Below, one piece after another: positions 17,663 to 27,426 of a stretch of 40,275 nt of DNA (positions within the stretch are counted from its first letter, which is position 1; the number at the start of each line of letters is the position of its first letter). Source of the stretch: Sulfolobales archaeon. Its GTDB lineage: Archaea; Thermoproteota; Thermoprotei_A; Sulfolobales; NBVN01. Made by a program: the position numbers and the translations under genes. Where the stretch lies: contig JAWBTQ010000011.1 in assembly GCA_038841535.1 (NCBI GenBank), positions 1 through 40,275 of the forward strand. Direction: 5' to 3'. The notes under the pieces are model-generated. The model saw only the letters and a program-made list of their open reading frames with translations, ran no database searches and had not been told where the DNA came from.

Positions 17663-18379
17663 ATGCCAACTGAGCTCCTCTACCTAAAGGATAGCTACTT
17701 AAGAGAATTCGAGGCTGTAATAACTGACATAGCTGATAACTATGTCGTGCTAGATAAAACAGTCTTTCATCCTACTAGTGGAGGTGTAGACAAAGATCTA
17801 GGAGTCTTAGTTAGAGGGGGGACGACGTATGAGGTTGTCGACGTAGTACTTGAGACAGGTGATATTGTTAAGCACATTGTCAGCTCTGTTCACGGGCTTT
17901 CGCCAGGTATCTTAGTTAGAGGAGTTATTGATTGGGAAAGACGTCATAGACTGATGAGGCTTCACACGACTTCCCATATACTTTCCGCCATCATGTACCG
18001 GGATTACGGTGCTCTAATCACGGGTGGCCACGTGTACCCAGATCATGCTCGAGATGACTTCAGTCTTGAGCTATTTGATAGAGAGCTCTTCGAAGAAGCC
18101 TTTGAGAAGGTTAACGACGTAGTTAAGCGTGGGCTAGAGGTAAAGATCTATTGGCTACCGAGAGATGAGGCCCTCAAAATTCCTGGGATAACGAAGCTCG
18201 CACAAAAAATGCCACCTCAAGTACCACACTTGAGGATAGTCGAGATCCCGGGAGTAGATATACAAGCAGATGGAGGGCCTCATGTAAGGAACACCGCTGA
18301 GATAGGGGAAGTGAGGTTGTTAAAAGTCGAGAATAGAGGGAAGAAGAGAAAAAGAGTTTACTATACGGTTGAACCATAG
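17663..18379 (+). CDS. alaXM: Alanyl-tRNA editing protein AlaX-M
   Basis: TELLYLKDSYLREFEA, FHPTSGG, IDWERR...MRLHTTSH, QADGGPHV. Confidence 0.93.
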   Translation: MPTELLYLKDSYLREFEAVITDIADNYVVLDKTVFHPTSGGVDKDLGVLVRGGTTYEVVDVVLETGDIVKHIVSSVHGLSPGILVRGVIDWERRHRLMRLHTTSHILSAIMYRDYGALITGGHVYPDHARDDFSLELFDRELFEEAFEKVNDVVKRGLEVKIYWLPRDEALKIPGITKLAQKMPPQVPHLRIVEIPGVDIQADGGPHVRNTAEIGEVRLLKVENRGKKRKRVYYTVEP

Positions 18380-18392
18380 CTGGTGCTTAATA

Positions 18393-19793
18393 TTGGTTGA
18401 CCAGATATTGAGGAACATAAACCTACTAGAGCTTACAAGAGAGCAGGTCAGGTTGCTACTCCAATCTGGTGAGCTCTCCGTAGCCGTTTTCGGGCTAGGC
18501 AGCGTCGGTCTCGCTGTAGCATCGGTGTGGTTAAGAGCTGGGGCAAGGGTTGTTGGAGTAGATATTGACGAAAGTAAAGTTAAAAAGATAACTCGGGGGG
18601 ATGTACCGCACCCTGAGAGTGTGGTAATAGAGACTCTTAGAAGTGCTATACTGAGGGGGCAATTTCGCGCAAGCACTGACGGCAGTAATGCTGTAGAGGA
18701 ATCTCACATAGCTGACGTCATAGTTCCGGTGCTGTATGGAGCTGATGGACCCGAGTTCAAGTCCCTAGATGATGTTGTATCAACTATTGGAAAAAGAATG
18801 AGAAGAGGATACGCTGTCGTTGTAGAGTCTTCACTGCCACCACTAACTACTGAGCATAGAGTAAGACCGATGCTAGAGGAATTATCTGGACTTAGGGCCG
18901 ATAGCGATTTCGCGCTAATTTATAGTCCAGAGAGAGTGCTCGTCGGTAGAGCTGTTGAAGACATTGAAGTGCGATACCCGAAGATCGTGGCTGGTGTGGG
19001 ACCTAGATCCCTCGCTCTAGCTGAGGCTCTATATAGTAACATAGCAAAAGCCGGTGTAATAAAAGCGTCGAGTCCTCGAGTAGCAGAGTTCGCAAAGCTT
19101 GCTGAAGGTGTCTATAGAGACGTTAACATAGCTTTGGCAAACGAGCTAGCGAGACTTTCGAGGTCCATTGGCGTAGATTTTAACGAGATCATTGAAGTAG
19201 CTAATACTCAGCCCTATGCTCACATTCACAAACCCGGTGCGGGTGTAGGAGGACACTGCATACCTATCTATCCAAGGTTCTTAAGCTGGCTTGGGCTCCT
19301 TCATGGAGTAAACTTAGAGCTCGTAGAGCACGCGAGACTGATAAACGACATGCAGCCACTAGAGGTCGTTGGTTTACTTCTTTCCGAGTTAAGAAAAAGA
19401 CTAACTAAAGCCAGAGCTAGAGTAGCTGTTTTAGGCTTAGCGTACAGAGGAAATGTAGCTATTTCAACTAACTCTCCAACTTATCGCATAGTTGGGGGGC
19501 TACTAAGACTAGGTTTTGATGTAGTCGTGCATGATCCATTAATTACTGAAGACCCTCAGCTCAGTTCGCTAGGTGTGAGACTGACTAGCGATTTAGTTGA
19601 AGCAGTTAAGGGTAGTAGCGCTGTAGTAATAGCTACAGATCATGACATCTACAAGACTCTCAGTCCTTGTGGTTTATCTGAAATCTCGGCAACACCAAAC
19701 CTAGTGATAGTCGATGCTAGAGACGTTATAGCTATAGGTGAATGCTGCGATACTACCTACATAGGTATAGGTAGGGGCGCAAAGTGTTCCTAG
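18393..19793 (+). CDS. Nucleotide-sugar dehydrogenase (UDP-Glc/GDP-Man/UDP-ManNAc family)
   Basis: GLGSVG Rossmann motif, YSPERV, KLAEGVYRDVNIALANE, catalytic GVGGHC. TTG 18393 after GGTG preferred over 18369. Confidence 0.9.
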   Translation: MVDQILRNINLLELTREQVRLLLQSGELSVAVFGLGSVGLAVASVWLRAGARVVGVDIDESKVKKITRGDVPHPESVVIETLRSAILRGQFRASTDGSNAVEESHIADVIVPVLYGADGPEFKSLDDVVSTIGKRMRRGYAVVVESSLPPLTTEHRVRPMLEELSGLRADSDFALIYSPERVLVGRAVEDIEVRYPKIVAGVGPRSLALAEALYSNIAKAGVIKASSPRVAEFAKLAEGVYRDVNIALANELARLSRSIGVDFNEIIEVANTQPYAHIHKPGAGVGGHCIPIYPRFLSWLGLLHGVNLELVEHARLINDMQPLEVVGLLLSELRKRLTKARARVAVLGLAYRGNVAISTNSPTYRIVGGLLRLGFDVVVHDPLITEDPQLSSLGVRLTSDLVEAVKGSSAVVIATDHDIYKTLSPCGLSEISATPNLVIVDARDVIAIGECCDTTYIGIGRGAKCS

Positions 19794-19856
19794 AAGCACT
19801 GAGCTCTCTGGCAGGTATAAAGCGAAGAGTAACTCAAACCTCGCTGAAACTGAGGT

Positions 19857-20696
19857 GTGATTCGCGTGGAGAGCTTAGATAGGGGATTGCTGGAGGAGGC
19901 TCTAATAGCCTCAACTACAAGAGCGACTACGTACTTAAGGTCTACCTACGTTAGCAGAAAACCCGTCGGCCTTGGGAAAAGCGGTGATTTATCTAGAGAG
20001 TTTGATGTTGTCGTCGAGGAGTTAATACTTAAAACTCTTCGAGAGTACCTTGGAAGCATTAGACTAATCTCAGAGGAGAGAGGGAGTGTGGGAAGAGGTT
20101 CATGGATAGCTATAGTTGACCCTGTTGACGGTAGCATCAATTTCGAGGCGGGCCTACCCATAGCTTCTGTTAGCGTGGGTATCGCAAAAAACTCTGGGCA
20201 AGTAAGAATAGAAGACATTGAGGCAGCGGTTGTCGCAGAAGTTTTTAGAGATGTGACTTACTTTTATGATAAGTCTAAGGGGTTCAAAGCTTTTGGCATT
20301 AAAGCTGAAAGAAGACATCCTCCTAGTAACATAGTGCTAGGATACTTTGAAAGCATAGAGTCTTTTAGACCATATATACGTTTATCGGAGGTTACCGATT
20401 CTAAGCCTAGGCTAAGGTCTCTCGGTAGTGCGGCACTAGATATAGTGTACGTATCGCTTGGTATGGCTTTAGGCTTTATGGATGCTAGAGCGAAACTTAG
20501 AAATGTGGATATAGCTCCTTCGGTTGCTATAGCTAATAGCCTCGGGGCTAAAGCCTACTTATGTAATGGAGAGAGAGCTACAACCGTCGAAATAGATGAT
20601 ATAAAGAGGGTTGAGTGCCTAGTCGTAGGATACAACGAAGAGATAGCTAGAGTACTACTCAAGGCAGTATCTAACGAGAGCATTCTCAGTACGTGA
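19857..20696 (+). CDS. Inositol monophosphatase / FBPase family protein
   Basis: SEE, VDPVDGSINF, RSLGSAALD, RNVDIA. Confidence 0.9.
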   Translation: MIRVESLDRGLLEEALIASTTRATTYLRSTYVSRKPVGLGKSGDLSREFDVVVEELILKTLREYLGSIRLISEERGSVGRGSWIAIVDPVDGSINFEAGLPIASVSVGIAKNSGQVRIEDIEAAVVAEVFRDVTYFYDKSKGFKAFGIKAERRHPPSNIVLGYFESIESFRPYIRLSEVTDSKPRLRSLGSAALDIVYVSLGMALGFMDARAKLRNVDIAPSVAIANSLGAKAYLCNGERATTVEIDDIKRVECLVVGYNEEIARVLLKAVSNESILST

Positions 20697-20738
20697 TTAC
20701 TCACCTGAAATTGGGTCTAAATCTTTTTAAAGACCTGA

Positions 20739-21476
20739 TTGTATCGAGAAAGTTCGTGGGATATGAAGAGGGTTGTTAGCATAATTGGGGACCTTTCAGT
20801 ATTCTACTGGATATCGTCCACAGTGAGCTTAGTCTTAGGTAAACATATTGTATGGGACTCTTTTATCAGCTTCGTTATCTTTTTAGTACTTAGGTTAGCA
20901 AACGATCTTCGAGTTCCGCTTCTGACTCTCGCCGTAAGTAGCGCTAGCGGGAGGCTCTTCGATATCGTAGACTGGAGTGACGGCTTAGCCATAGTTAGAA
21001 TTAGAATGCGGGGCGGTGGAGGTCTTCGAGTATTCTTCTCTCTAAGTGCCCTGTTTTTTGCGATTACTCTAATCGCAGCTTTCGCTAGGGTTTGGCCAAC
21101 TTATCTGGAGAGCAGTAAGCTACTTACTGTATTAGTTGTTTTCATTATTTCAATAGCTTTCTACAGAAGTAATTCGGCATACGTTAAAAACATTGGAATA
21201 GCTGTATCGATTTTTACAGCAATCATATACGCTACTCTAATCAATCTTTTAGTCTGGCTAGCTATAGGTAGTAATAGTGCGCTTATTATATCGGTTTTAA
21301 TTAATTTCGCTGCCACTATCGTAGGCTGCGATATATTACCGATTAAGTGGGCTGTACTCAATAACGCCAGGGTCCTAGTTATAGGAGGGCTTGGGCTCTA
21401 TGACGCAATAGTACTTATTCCTACAGTGTCGTATCTAGCATCTTCACTACTGATTTTAGCCGTTAACCCGTCCTAA
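20739..21476 (+). CDS. Membrane protein, DUF1614-like
   Basis: Multi-TM; C-terminal ATIVGCDIL...IGGLGLYDAIVL resembles the DUF1614 GTLIGADL...IGGAGTFDGIFL pattern; start may be ATG 20763. Confidence 0.65.
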   Translation: MYRESSWDMKRVVSIIGDLSVFYWISSTVSLVLGKHIVWDSFISFVIFLVLRLANDLRVPLLTLAVSSASGRLFDIVDWSDGLAIVRIRMRGGGGLRVFFSLSALFFAITLIAAFARVWPTYLESSKLLTVLVVFIISIAFYRSNSAYVKNIGIAVSIFTAIIYATLINLLVWLAIGSNSALIISVLINFAATIVGCDILPIKWAVLNNARVLVIGGLGLYDAIVLIPTVSYLASSLLILAVNPS

Positions 21477-21618
21477 AGGTGCGGCTCCCGACACTATAAA
21501 TAGTGAAATACATTCACTTACCGCTCGTTCTTAGCTGTCTACTCTTAGGTTGAGCTTATGTTCAATCGTCATAGCTAAACAAAAACGGAGGGAATAGCAT
21601 ACGACATTCATTAAAATA

Positions 21619-22518
21619 TTAAGTTGTAAGAGACTCCGAGCTTACCTCTAGTGCAACGTATTGAAACTGCATGACCACATCGGCTAACCGGAACGTTAAT
21701 CCGTCTACTGAAACGGGTGGAATTACGAGCTCTAGTACGGTATTATGAGGTAGCACCGGAATTACGACCTCTCCTTGAGTTAAACAAGTTCTAGTGCTGA
21801 AGTACGTGTTTCTGGTTGTGTAGTGACTAGGTACTACGTATGTATTGGATGCGTCAATAGAGAAGCAGACCCCGTATGAGTTATTGTAATAGATAACTAA
21901 GTAACCTGGTTTAGGAGTGGGAATGGTAATGGTTGTTGGTCTAGTATCTGAAAACAGAGTTCTAGTCCATGTCCTAATTGGTCTTATCACGTAGCTGGAG
22001 TTGCTTAATATGGTAACGGATGATGCGTTAATGTAGTCGAAACCCGTAACTCTACTTGTAAGATAATAGAGCCGCAACTCTTTAATTACCTCAAGTACTT
22101 CATCAAATACTTCAAGTCGCTTTAGTAAATTACTGTAATTAGCTCTGAGTAATTCGTATGAAGCATAAAGTTCTTCGTACAGCTTCCGATTTACCTCCAG
22201 CATTCGTAGGGTATCCTCATATTTTTGGCTGATGGCTTGGTACGCTATTTGAAGGGCAGTATAGTTCTCCACTAAAGATCTCGCAAAATAGTATAGGTTA
22301 GTGTAGTTCATATACAGATTTTGCGCGTAACGCCCAAGTAACTCTACATCGCTTCTAGTACTAAGAAGTGCTTTTCGGCACTCACTTAAACTAGATGTTG
22401 TATCTCCCAGCTGGAGATATATGGCTAGAGACAAAATCGAGAGAGCCACCATAGCTACTAACAGTAGCGATAAAACCTCACTTAAAGCCGTCTTACAAGT
22501 CCTTAATAAGGTAGCCAT
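21619..22518 (-). CDS. Hypothetical membrane-anchored/secreted coiled-coil protein
   Basis: N-terminal hydrophobic helix, about 110-aa heptad-rich stretch, beta-rich C-domain, several N-x-S/T sequons. Confidence 0.75.
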   Translation of the reverse strand: MATLLRTCKTALSEVLSLLLVAMVALSILSLAIYLQLGDTTSSLSECRKALLSTRSDVELLGRYAQNLYMNYTNLYYFARSLVENYTALQIAYQAISQKYEDTLRMLEVNRKLYEELYASYELLRANYSNLLKRLEVFDEVLEVIKELRLYYLTSRVTGFDYINASSVTILSNSSYVIRPIRTWTRTLFSDTRPTTITIPTPKPGYLVIYYNNSYGVCFSIDASNTYVVPSHYTTRNTYFSTRTCLTQGEVVIPVLPHNTVLELVIPPVSVDGLTFRLADVVMQFQYVALEVSSESLTT

Positions 22519-22906
22519 AGTCTAATCCCGCCAAATATAATGACTGAAAACTTATGTGCTTTCAGTAACTACTCAATGGTCTCGCAAAGAAACCTATAGC
22601 TAAAATCAAAAATGCTTAGCATGACATGCTATAGAAACTTTAGATTTTATTCTTAAGATTTTATCAAGATATTAGATGCCAAAGAACGTTGAGGCGTAGA
22701 AGAGTTCATTTACTATTTCAGCAAACACGTTGTCCACACCCATTGGTACATGCTAGAATTGTTTGCTACATACACTAATGGCTACACTAAGAACTCTTTC
22801 AACTACTCTACAGCTATAACTAAGAAACGGAATGAATCAATAACGAAGCTAGTCCACATAAACTGCGTGAGAGCTGGAACTTGTATTCGAGCACTTAAAG
22901 ACCTTG

Positions 22907-23938
22907 CTAACCGAACAGCGAGGCTATGCCCTCAGCTATTTCTTCTTCCTCCTTCTTTTCTTCCTCTTTCTCTTTTTCGCCGCTCTCAGGATGTGTTGTG
23001 TCGGTTGAAGGTTCTGGGGTAGCTTTACTTGAAACCACTTGAGCTACTAAGATGGCCTGACTTATAGCCTTAGTGAAGAGTTCTTGAAGTATGTCCGGGG
23101 TCACGTACCCGATTGCTGAGGCTAGCTCTATCGATATTCTTCGTGCTTTTGCGATTAGTTCTGGTATTACCTCTGGTACTGGTAGAGCAAGCTCTAGGGC
23201 CAGAGATTTTGACATAGATATAGCTGCTGTAATGCTCTTTTTGATCTCCTCGTAGTCTATTCTGAGGTCTTTAGGTAGGTAGATAAAGCCGTCTTCGTAA
23301 ACTGCCTTCAGCTGTGCTTTAATTGGCACTACAGGAATCCCCAGTCTTCTGAGAAGCGAGCTGAGTTCTACTGATACTTTATCACCTTGCTTGAGTACCT
23401 TTGTGTCTTTAGCTATCCATATCACACCTTCTCTCACTTGAGTTGGAATCTTCAGCTTGCCGAACAGGCTCATAGAGGGACCTGGCTTTATACCAGTCGG
23501 GCCAGGAGCGAGCTCTATGTCGAAACTTACTGTATCACCTGGTTTAGCGTACCTGTATTCCACGAATTCATCAAGAAGTTTTGCTAGTTTAAACGGGTTT
23601 GTGTTGGTAAATATGAAGGTATTAGAGCCAGTAAGGTATTTAGAGATCTCTTCTAAGTTCTTAGCCTTTACATCCTGGAGAGCTCTTAAAACTAGGCTGT
23701 TCTTATAGAGCTTTACGACTCCGTATTCCGACAGTTTACTGTAAATCCTCCGTGATTCAGCAGATGGCACTCGATCCATAGATACTATTGCTACGACTTT
23801 GTACCGGCTCAGTAAACTCTTTATTTCCTCAACAACTCTAGACTTCAAGCCGATAGATTTCCTCAACCTCTCTCTTTCCTTAGTTTTTGCCAGCTCTGAC
23901 ATTAACTTAGTAAGCTGGGTGCGAGTCTTCGACTTCAT
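22907..23938 (-). CDS. rplP0: 50S ribosomal protein L10 (P0, uL10)
   Basis: KNSL, NPFKL, GPTGIKPGP and acidic tail EEEKKEEEEIAEGIASLFG. Confidence 0.96.
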   Translation of the reverse strand: MKSKTRTQLTKLMSELAKTKERERLRKSIGLKSRVVEEIKSLLSRYKVVAIVSMDRVPSAESRRIYSKLSEYGVVKLYKNSLVLRALQDVKAKNLEEISKYLTGSNTFIFTNTNPFKLAKLLDEFVEYRYAKPGDTVSFDIELAPGPTGIKPGPSMSLFGKLKIPTQVREGVIWIAKDTKVLKQGDKVSVELSSLLRRLGIPVVPIKAQLKAVYEDGFIYLPKDLRIDYEEIKKSITAAISMSKSLALELALPVPEVIPELIAKARRISIELASAIGYVTPDILQELFTKAISQAILVAQVVSSKATPEPSTDTTHPESGEKEKEEEKKEEEEIAEGIASLFG

Positions 23939-24579
23939 GTGTATAACACCTCTACAGCCGGACCCATAGTTGTTTTAACATAAATTCTCACCGAGCCCTC
24001 AAGGGGTCTCTTGATCTTGCTTTTCACGAACTCTATCACTGACATAGCGTTTTCAGCTAGATCATCGGTTGACATGTCTTCCATTCCTATCCTACACCCA
24101 ACCCAGTTCTGCTCTCTATTTCTAAGCCAGGTACAACTACTGTATTGCTTGAGCAGTAACTCTAAGTTAGCTTGAGGTGGAACAGGAATTGGTGCTTTAC
24201 CTCTCGGTCCGAGAGCTGGTCCTAGAATTCTGCCAGCTAAAGACATAGCCTCAGTAGCCACTAAAAACCAGTCATACTTTCGCGCTATTCTCTTCACGTC
24301 ACGCTTACTCAAGTTCCTCAGCTGGTCAGTTCCAAGAGTATCTACACCGAGCTTTTGCGCATTTAACCTCATACCACCGTCAGCTACTACAAGAATCTTT
24401 ACTGACTTGCCTACACCTTTTGGAAGTAGAACAGCGTCTCTAAACCTTATCTCAGGTGACTTCTTATCGAAACCCGAAAACGTGAACAGTAACTCGACTG
24501 ACTGCTTGAAGTTCCTGCTCACACTCAAGTTAATGGCCTTACCTATTGTATCGGAAAGCAGTTCTTTAGTTAGAGGCAC
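23935..24579 (-). CDS. rpl1: 50S ribosomal protein L1
   Basis: RNFKQSVEL, GRILGPALGPRGKAP, YVKTTMGP. Confidence 0.96.
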   Translation of the reverse strand: MPLTKELLSDTIGKAINLSVSRNFKQSVELLFTFSGFDKKSPEIRFRDAVLLPKGVGKSVKILVVADGGMRLNAQKLGVDTLGTDQLRNLSKRDVKRIARKYDWFLVATEAMSLAGRILGPALGPRGKAPIPVPPQANLELLLKQYSSCTWLRNREQNWVGCRIGMEDMSTDDLAENAMSVIEFVKSKIKRPLEGSVRIYVKTTMGPAVEVLYT

Positions 24580-25081
24580 CTACCCCACCTCTCCACTGCT
24601 CTTCATATTTACTAAACAAATCATCATAAATCCCCCTATTTATTTCAGCTAGAACCTCCTTCGGGTCTTTACCGTTGACTGTTAAGCCGATAGAGCGAGC
24701 AGTCGATACAACCGACTTAACTGCCGCTTTCAGAGTTTTAGCGTTGATATCGCTCTTTTTAGCTAAAGCAATCCTTATTGCGTCATCTAGCGTGATACTC
24801 CCAACTTTTTTATGAGCTGGGTCTCCGGAAGGCTCTTGAACCTTAGCGTACTTTAAGAGTAATGACGTAGTCGTAGGTGATTTGACTTTTATAGTATACT
24901 TACCCGTTGGTTCATCAATTTCGAGAACTACTGTTACCTCCGTAGCTAGATATCCTTCTGTAAGCTTGTTTATCTCTGCTACAACCTTGTCAACCGGGAG
25001 ACCGTACTGAGAGAGCGCCGGACCTAGCGGTGGTGCCGGGCTCGCTTTACCGCCCAGTATCTGCATTCTAACTACCTTCAT
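24566..25081 (-). CDS. rpl11: 50S ribosomal protein L11
   Basis: GGKASPAPPLGPAL, PTTTSLL, TARSIG. Confidence 0.96.
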   Translation of the reverse strand: MKVVRMQILGGKASPAPPLGPALSQYGLPVDKVVAEINKLTEGYLATEVTVVLEIDEPTGKYTIKVKSPTTTSLLLKYAKVQEPSGDPAHKKVGSITLDDAIRIALAKKSDINAKTLKAAVKSVVSTARSIGLTVNGKDPKEVLAEINRGIYDDLFSKYEEQWRGGVGASN

Positions 25082-25084
25082 TTC

Positions 25085-25558
25085 CTACCACCTCTTACTT
25101 ACCGGTTTAATGTTATCTCCCGGAAGAAATACCTTTAGTGGATAAGCCGCTTCAAGTATCTCTACCTCGACCTCGTTCTTAGATATGTTGATCGTTCTCA
25201 CAGTAGCTTTAAGGCCTTTGAAAGGACCGGCTACTATCTCGATGACGTCGCCTGGCTTAAGCTCCTCTAGTGGTGAGCGGACCTTAACCAACCTTTCTAC
25301 TTCCTCATAAGTTACCGACCCAGCAACTCGCCCTCTAACGTGCTTTACGCCCTTGACTATTCTCTGAACTGAATGTAACCCATCTGATTCGACTATTATG
25401 TAGCCCTTAACATCAGGAGGAATCAAGATCCCGTATATGCCCGTCTCGCTAGCGGCTCTTAACTCTAGCACTAGGGCTACATTGAGTTCTTTACCAGAGA
25501 TAGTTCTTAATACAGCGAACTGCGACGAAACCTCTCTTCTAGCTTCATTATTAGCCAA
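25085..25558 (-). CDS. spt5: Transcription elongation factor Spt5 (NusG)
   Basis: NGN domain (GKELNVA, KGYIIVE) plus KOW (GDVIEIVAGPFKG); TTG 25558 overlapping the secE stop preferred. Confidence 0.94.
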   Translation of the reverse strand: MANNEARREVSSQFAVLRTISGKELNVALVLELRAASETGIYGILIPPDVKGYIIVESDGLHSVQRIVKGVKHVRGRVAGSVTYEEVERLVKVRSPLEELKPGDVIEIVAGPFKGLKATVRTINISKNEVEVEILEAAYPLKVFLPGDNIKPVSKRW

Positions 25559-25736
25559 TTCCCACACCCTGTAAAAGGGCAAATAGCATATGCAGAGCTA
25601 TACCGATACCACCAACGAGAAAAATCCCAGCTAAAGTCACCTTAATTAACAACTTAAACTCCTCAGGCTCAGGTCTATCAGATAGAGTCAATATTCTCTG
25701 CCACATCTCTACCATTCTCGATAGCTCTATCCCCAA
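25551..25736 (-). CDS. secE: Protein translocase subunit SecE/Sec61 gamma
   Basis: RILTLSDRPEPEEF plus one TM; canonical ftsY-secE-spt5 position. Confidence 0.9.
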   Translation of the reverse strand: MGIELSRMVEMWQRILTLSDRPEPEEFKLLIKVTLAGIFLVGGIGIALHMLFALLQGVGIG

Positions 25737-25800
25737 TCACCTCTAACCCAGTTTCTTCTAGACTTTTAAGCGTTAACAACTACGAGAGTGTATCCTCCAA

Positions 25801-26709
25801 CTAGCCCAGTATTTTCTCGACTATAGTTCTAGCCCTAAAGACTTCAAGGTCATCGTAAGATTGACCTACTCCGACGTAAATTACGGGTCTCTGGAGAAGT
25901 ATTGAGAGAGTTAGAGTGCACCCTCCTCGAGCGTCAGCGTCCATTTTAGTTAGGATGACGGCATCAAAACCTACAGCTTTATCAAAGTACCTTACTTGCT
26001 CTAGTGCGTCATTACCTGTTAGGGCATCGAGTACGAGTATCTTCATGTGAGGTTTCACGACTCTCACAATTTTTTTCAGCTCCTCAACAAGGTCTATATC
26101 TACGTGCATCCTACCAGCTGTATCAATAAGAACGGCGTCTAACCCTCTCTTCGCTGAATATATTAAGGCGTCTTTAGCTACAGCAGCCGGATCAGCTCCA
26201 TACTTACCTCTGAAGAACGGCACACCTAGCCTTTCAGCGTGAAGAGCTAGTTGCTCTTGCGCTCCAGCCCTAAACGTATCTGCAGCTACTATAGCCGGCT
26301 TCATACCGGCTTTCAGGAGCCTATTAGCGACTTTAGCTATCGTAGTAGTTTTACCAACTCCGTTAACTCCAAGAAAGACTACTACAAAGGGTCTTACTCT
26401 AGCCATTTTAACGTGGTCAACTAGGTCATGCTTCGGTTCCACTCTAGACAAAATGTCTACTAAGGCCTCCTTTATGAGCTTCATAGCCTCTTCGCTATCA
26501 AATCTACTTACCTTAGAACCAACTAGTCTTTGCTTTAGTTCCTCAAAGAGAATTGGGAGAACTTCATAAGCGACATCACTCTCAATAAGAAACAGTTCTA
26601 CTTCCTCAAAAACCTTCTTTAGGTCTTCCTCTGTTAATTCCTTCTTACTTACTACTTCAGCTACTTTATTGGCTATACTCTGAAAGACTTCTCTAACTTT
26701 TTTAAACAC
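25801..26709 (-). CDS. ftsY: Signal recognition particle receptor FtsY
   Basis: GVNGVGKTTT, DTFRAGA, DTAGR, TKMD. Confidence 0.96.
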   Translation of the reverse strand: MFKKVREVFQSIANKVAEVVSKKELTEEDLKKVFEEVELFLIESDVAYEVLPILFEELKQRLVGSKVSRFDSEEAMKLIKEALVDILSRVEPKHDLVDHVKMARVRPFVVVFLGVNGVGKTTTIAKVANRLLKAGMKPAIVAADTFRAGAQEQLALHAERLGVPFFRGKYGADPAAVAKDALIYSAKRGLDAVLIDTAGRMHVDIDLVEELKKIVRVVKPHMKILVLDALTGNDALEQVRYFDKAVGFDAVILTKMDADARGGCTLTLSILLQRPVIYVGVGQSYDDLEVFRARTIVEKILG

Positions 26710-27167
26710 TACCCCGCTCTCCCTCCAGACTTCGCCTGAGCTCTAGCAGACAGAAGTATCTCTTGGAGGCCTCTGAAATACTTAGAGGCTTCTTCGAACT
26801 CCTTCTCGAACTCCTTCACTAACTCCTTAATCTCATTTTCCTCGCTTACGATGACCTCCATGGCCTTCTCCGGACTCAGTTCGATAAAGTAATCTTGGCC
26901 TATGTGGACAACCACCTTTTCTTCTCTCTCAAGTTTTGCGTACACGTATATAGTCCCACTCTTGTCTGTAGGTACCAGCATTTCTTCGACTTTGGATAGC
27001 TTTATAGTAGATATAAGCTCTCTTGCTACCGCTAAGTCGTTTAGTCTGTCTAGAGCACGCTTGATGTTTTCTTGAATTCCCTCAATATGCTTCTTAGTGC
27101 GCTCAAGCTCTGCTACGACTGCCTCTAGAGGGACGACTAGCTTAACCTCCTTATCGCCACTAGTCAA
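26709..27167 (-). CDS. pfdA: Prefoldin alpha subunit
   Basis: Coiled coil - beta hairpins (MLVP, VVVHIGQDYFIE) - coiled coil; canonical position. Confidence 0.9.
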   Translation of the reverse strand: MTSGDKEVKLVVPLEAVVAELERTKKHIEGIQENIKRALDRLNDLAVARELISTIKLSKVEEMLVPTDKSGTIYVYAKLEREEKVVVHIGQDYFIELSPEKAMEVIVSEENEIKELVKEFEKEFEEASKYFRGLQEILLSARAQAKSGGRAG

Positions 27168-27426
27168 TAAACCACCTCTCGGTAGCCCCCAACTCTCTCA
27201 CAAACTTGCTTTTTGCTTTACTAAAGTCTACTTCGTTTACTGACAGTATCTTTATATGCGATCTCTTAAGTTTGTGCCTACTTCCTAGTTCCGAGAGTAC
27301 CCTCTCTACAGCGTCCTCCTTCTTTACAGCTCTTACTTCAACCGTGAACTTCTGCCACTTTTTGAGCCTATCTGGGCTTAGGAGAGCCAGACCAGTTATT
27401 CTATATACCTTCACATCCCGACTCAT
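27160..27426 (-). CDS. rpl18a: 50S ribosomal protein L18a (LX, eL20)
   Basis: VKVYRITG, SELGSRHKLKR. Confidence 0.94.
   Translation of the reverse strand: MSRDVKVYRITGLALLSPDRLKKWQKFTVEVRAVKKEDAVERVLSELGSRHKLKRSHIKILSVNEVDFSKAKSKFVRELGATERWFID

Noticed and set aside
18260-18285. AlaX zinc motif with Asp (DGGPH) instead of Cys
   Set aside because: To my knowledge this is the usual crenarchaeal AlaX-M variant, not novel.
22750-23022. 90-aa plus-strand ORF and the other short antisense ORFs in the track (e.g. 268-579, 1729-2121, 8917-9279, 27527-28057)
   Set aside because: They are shadows of well-supported opposite-strand genes, with no motifs.
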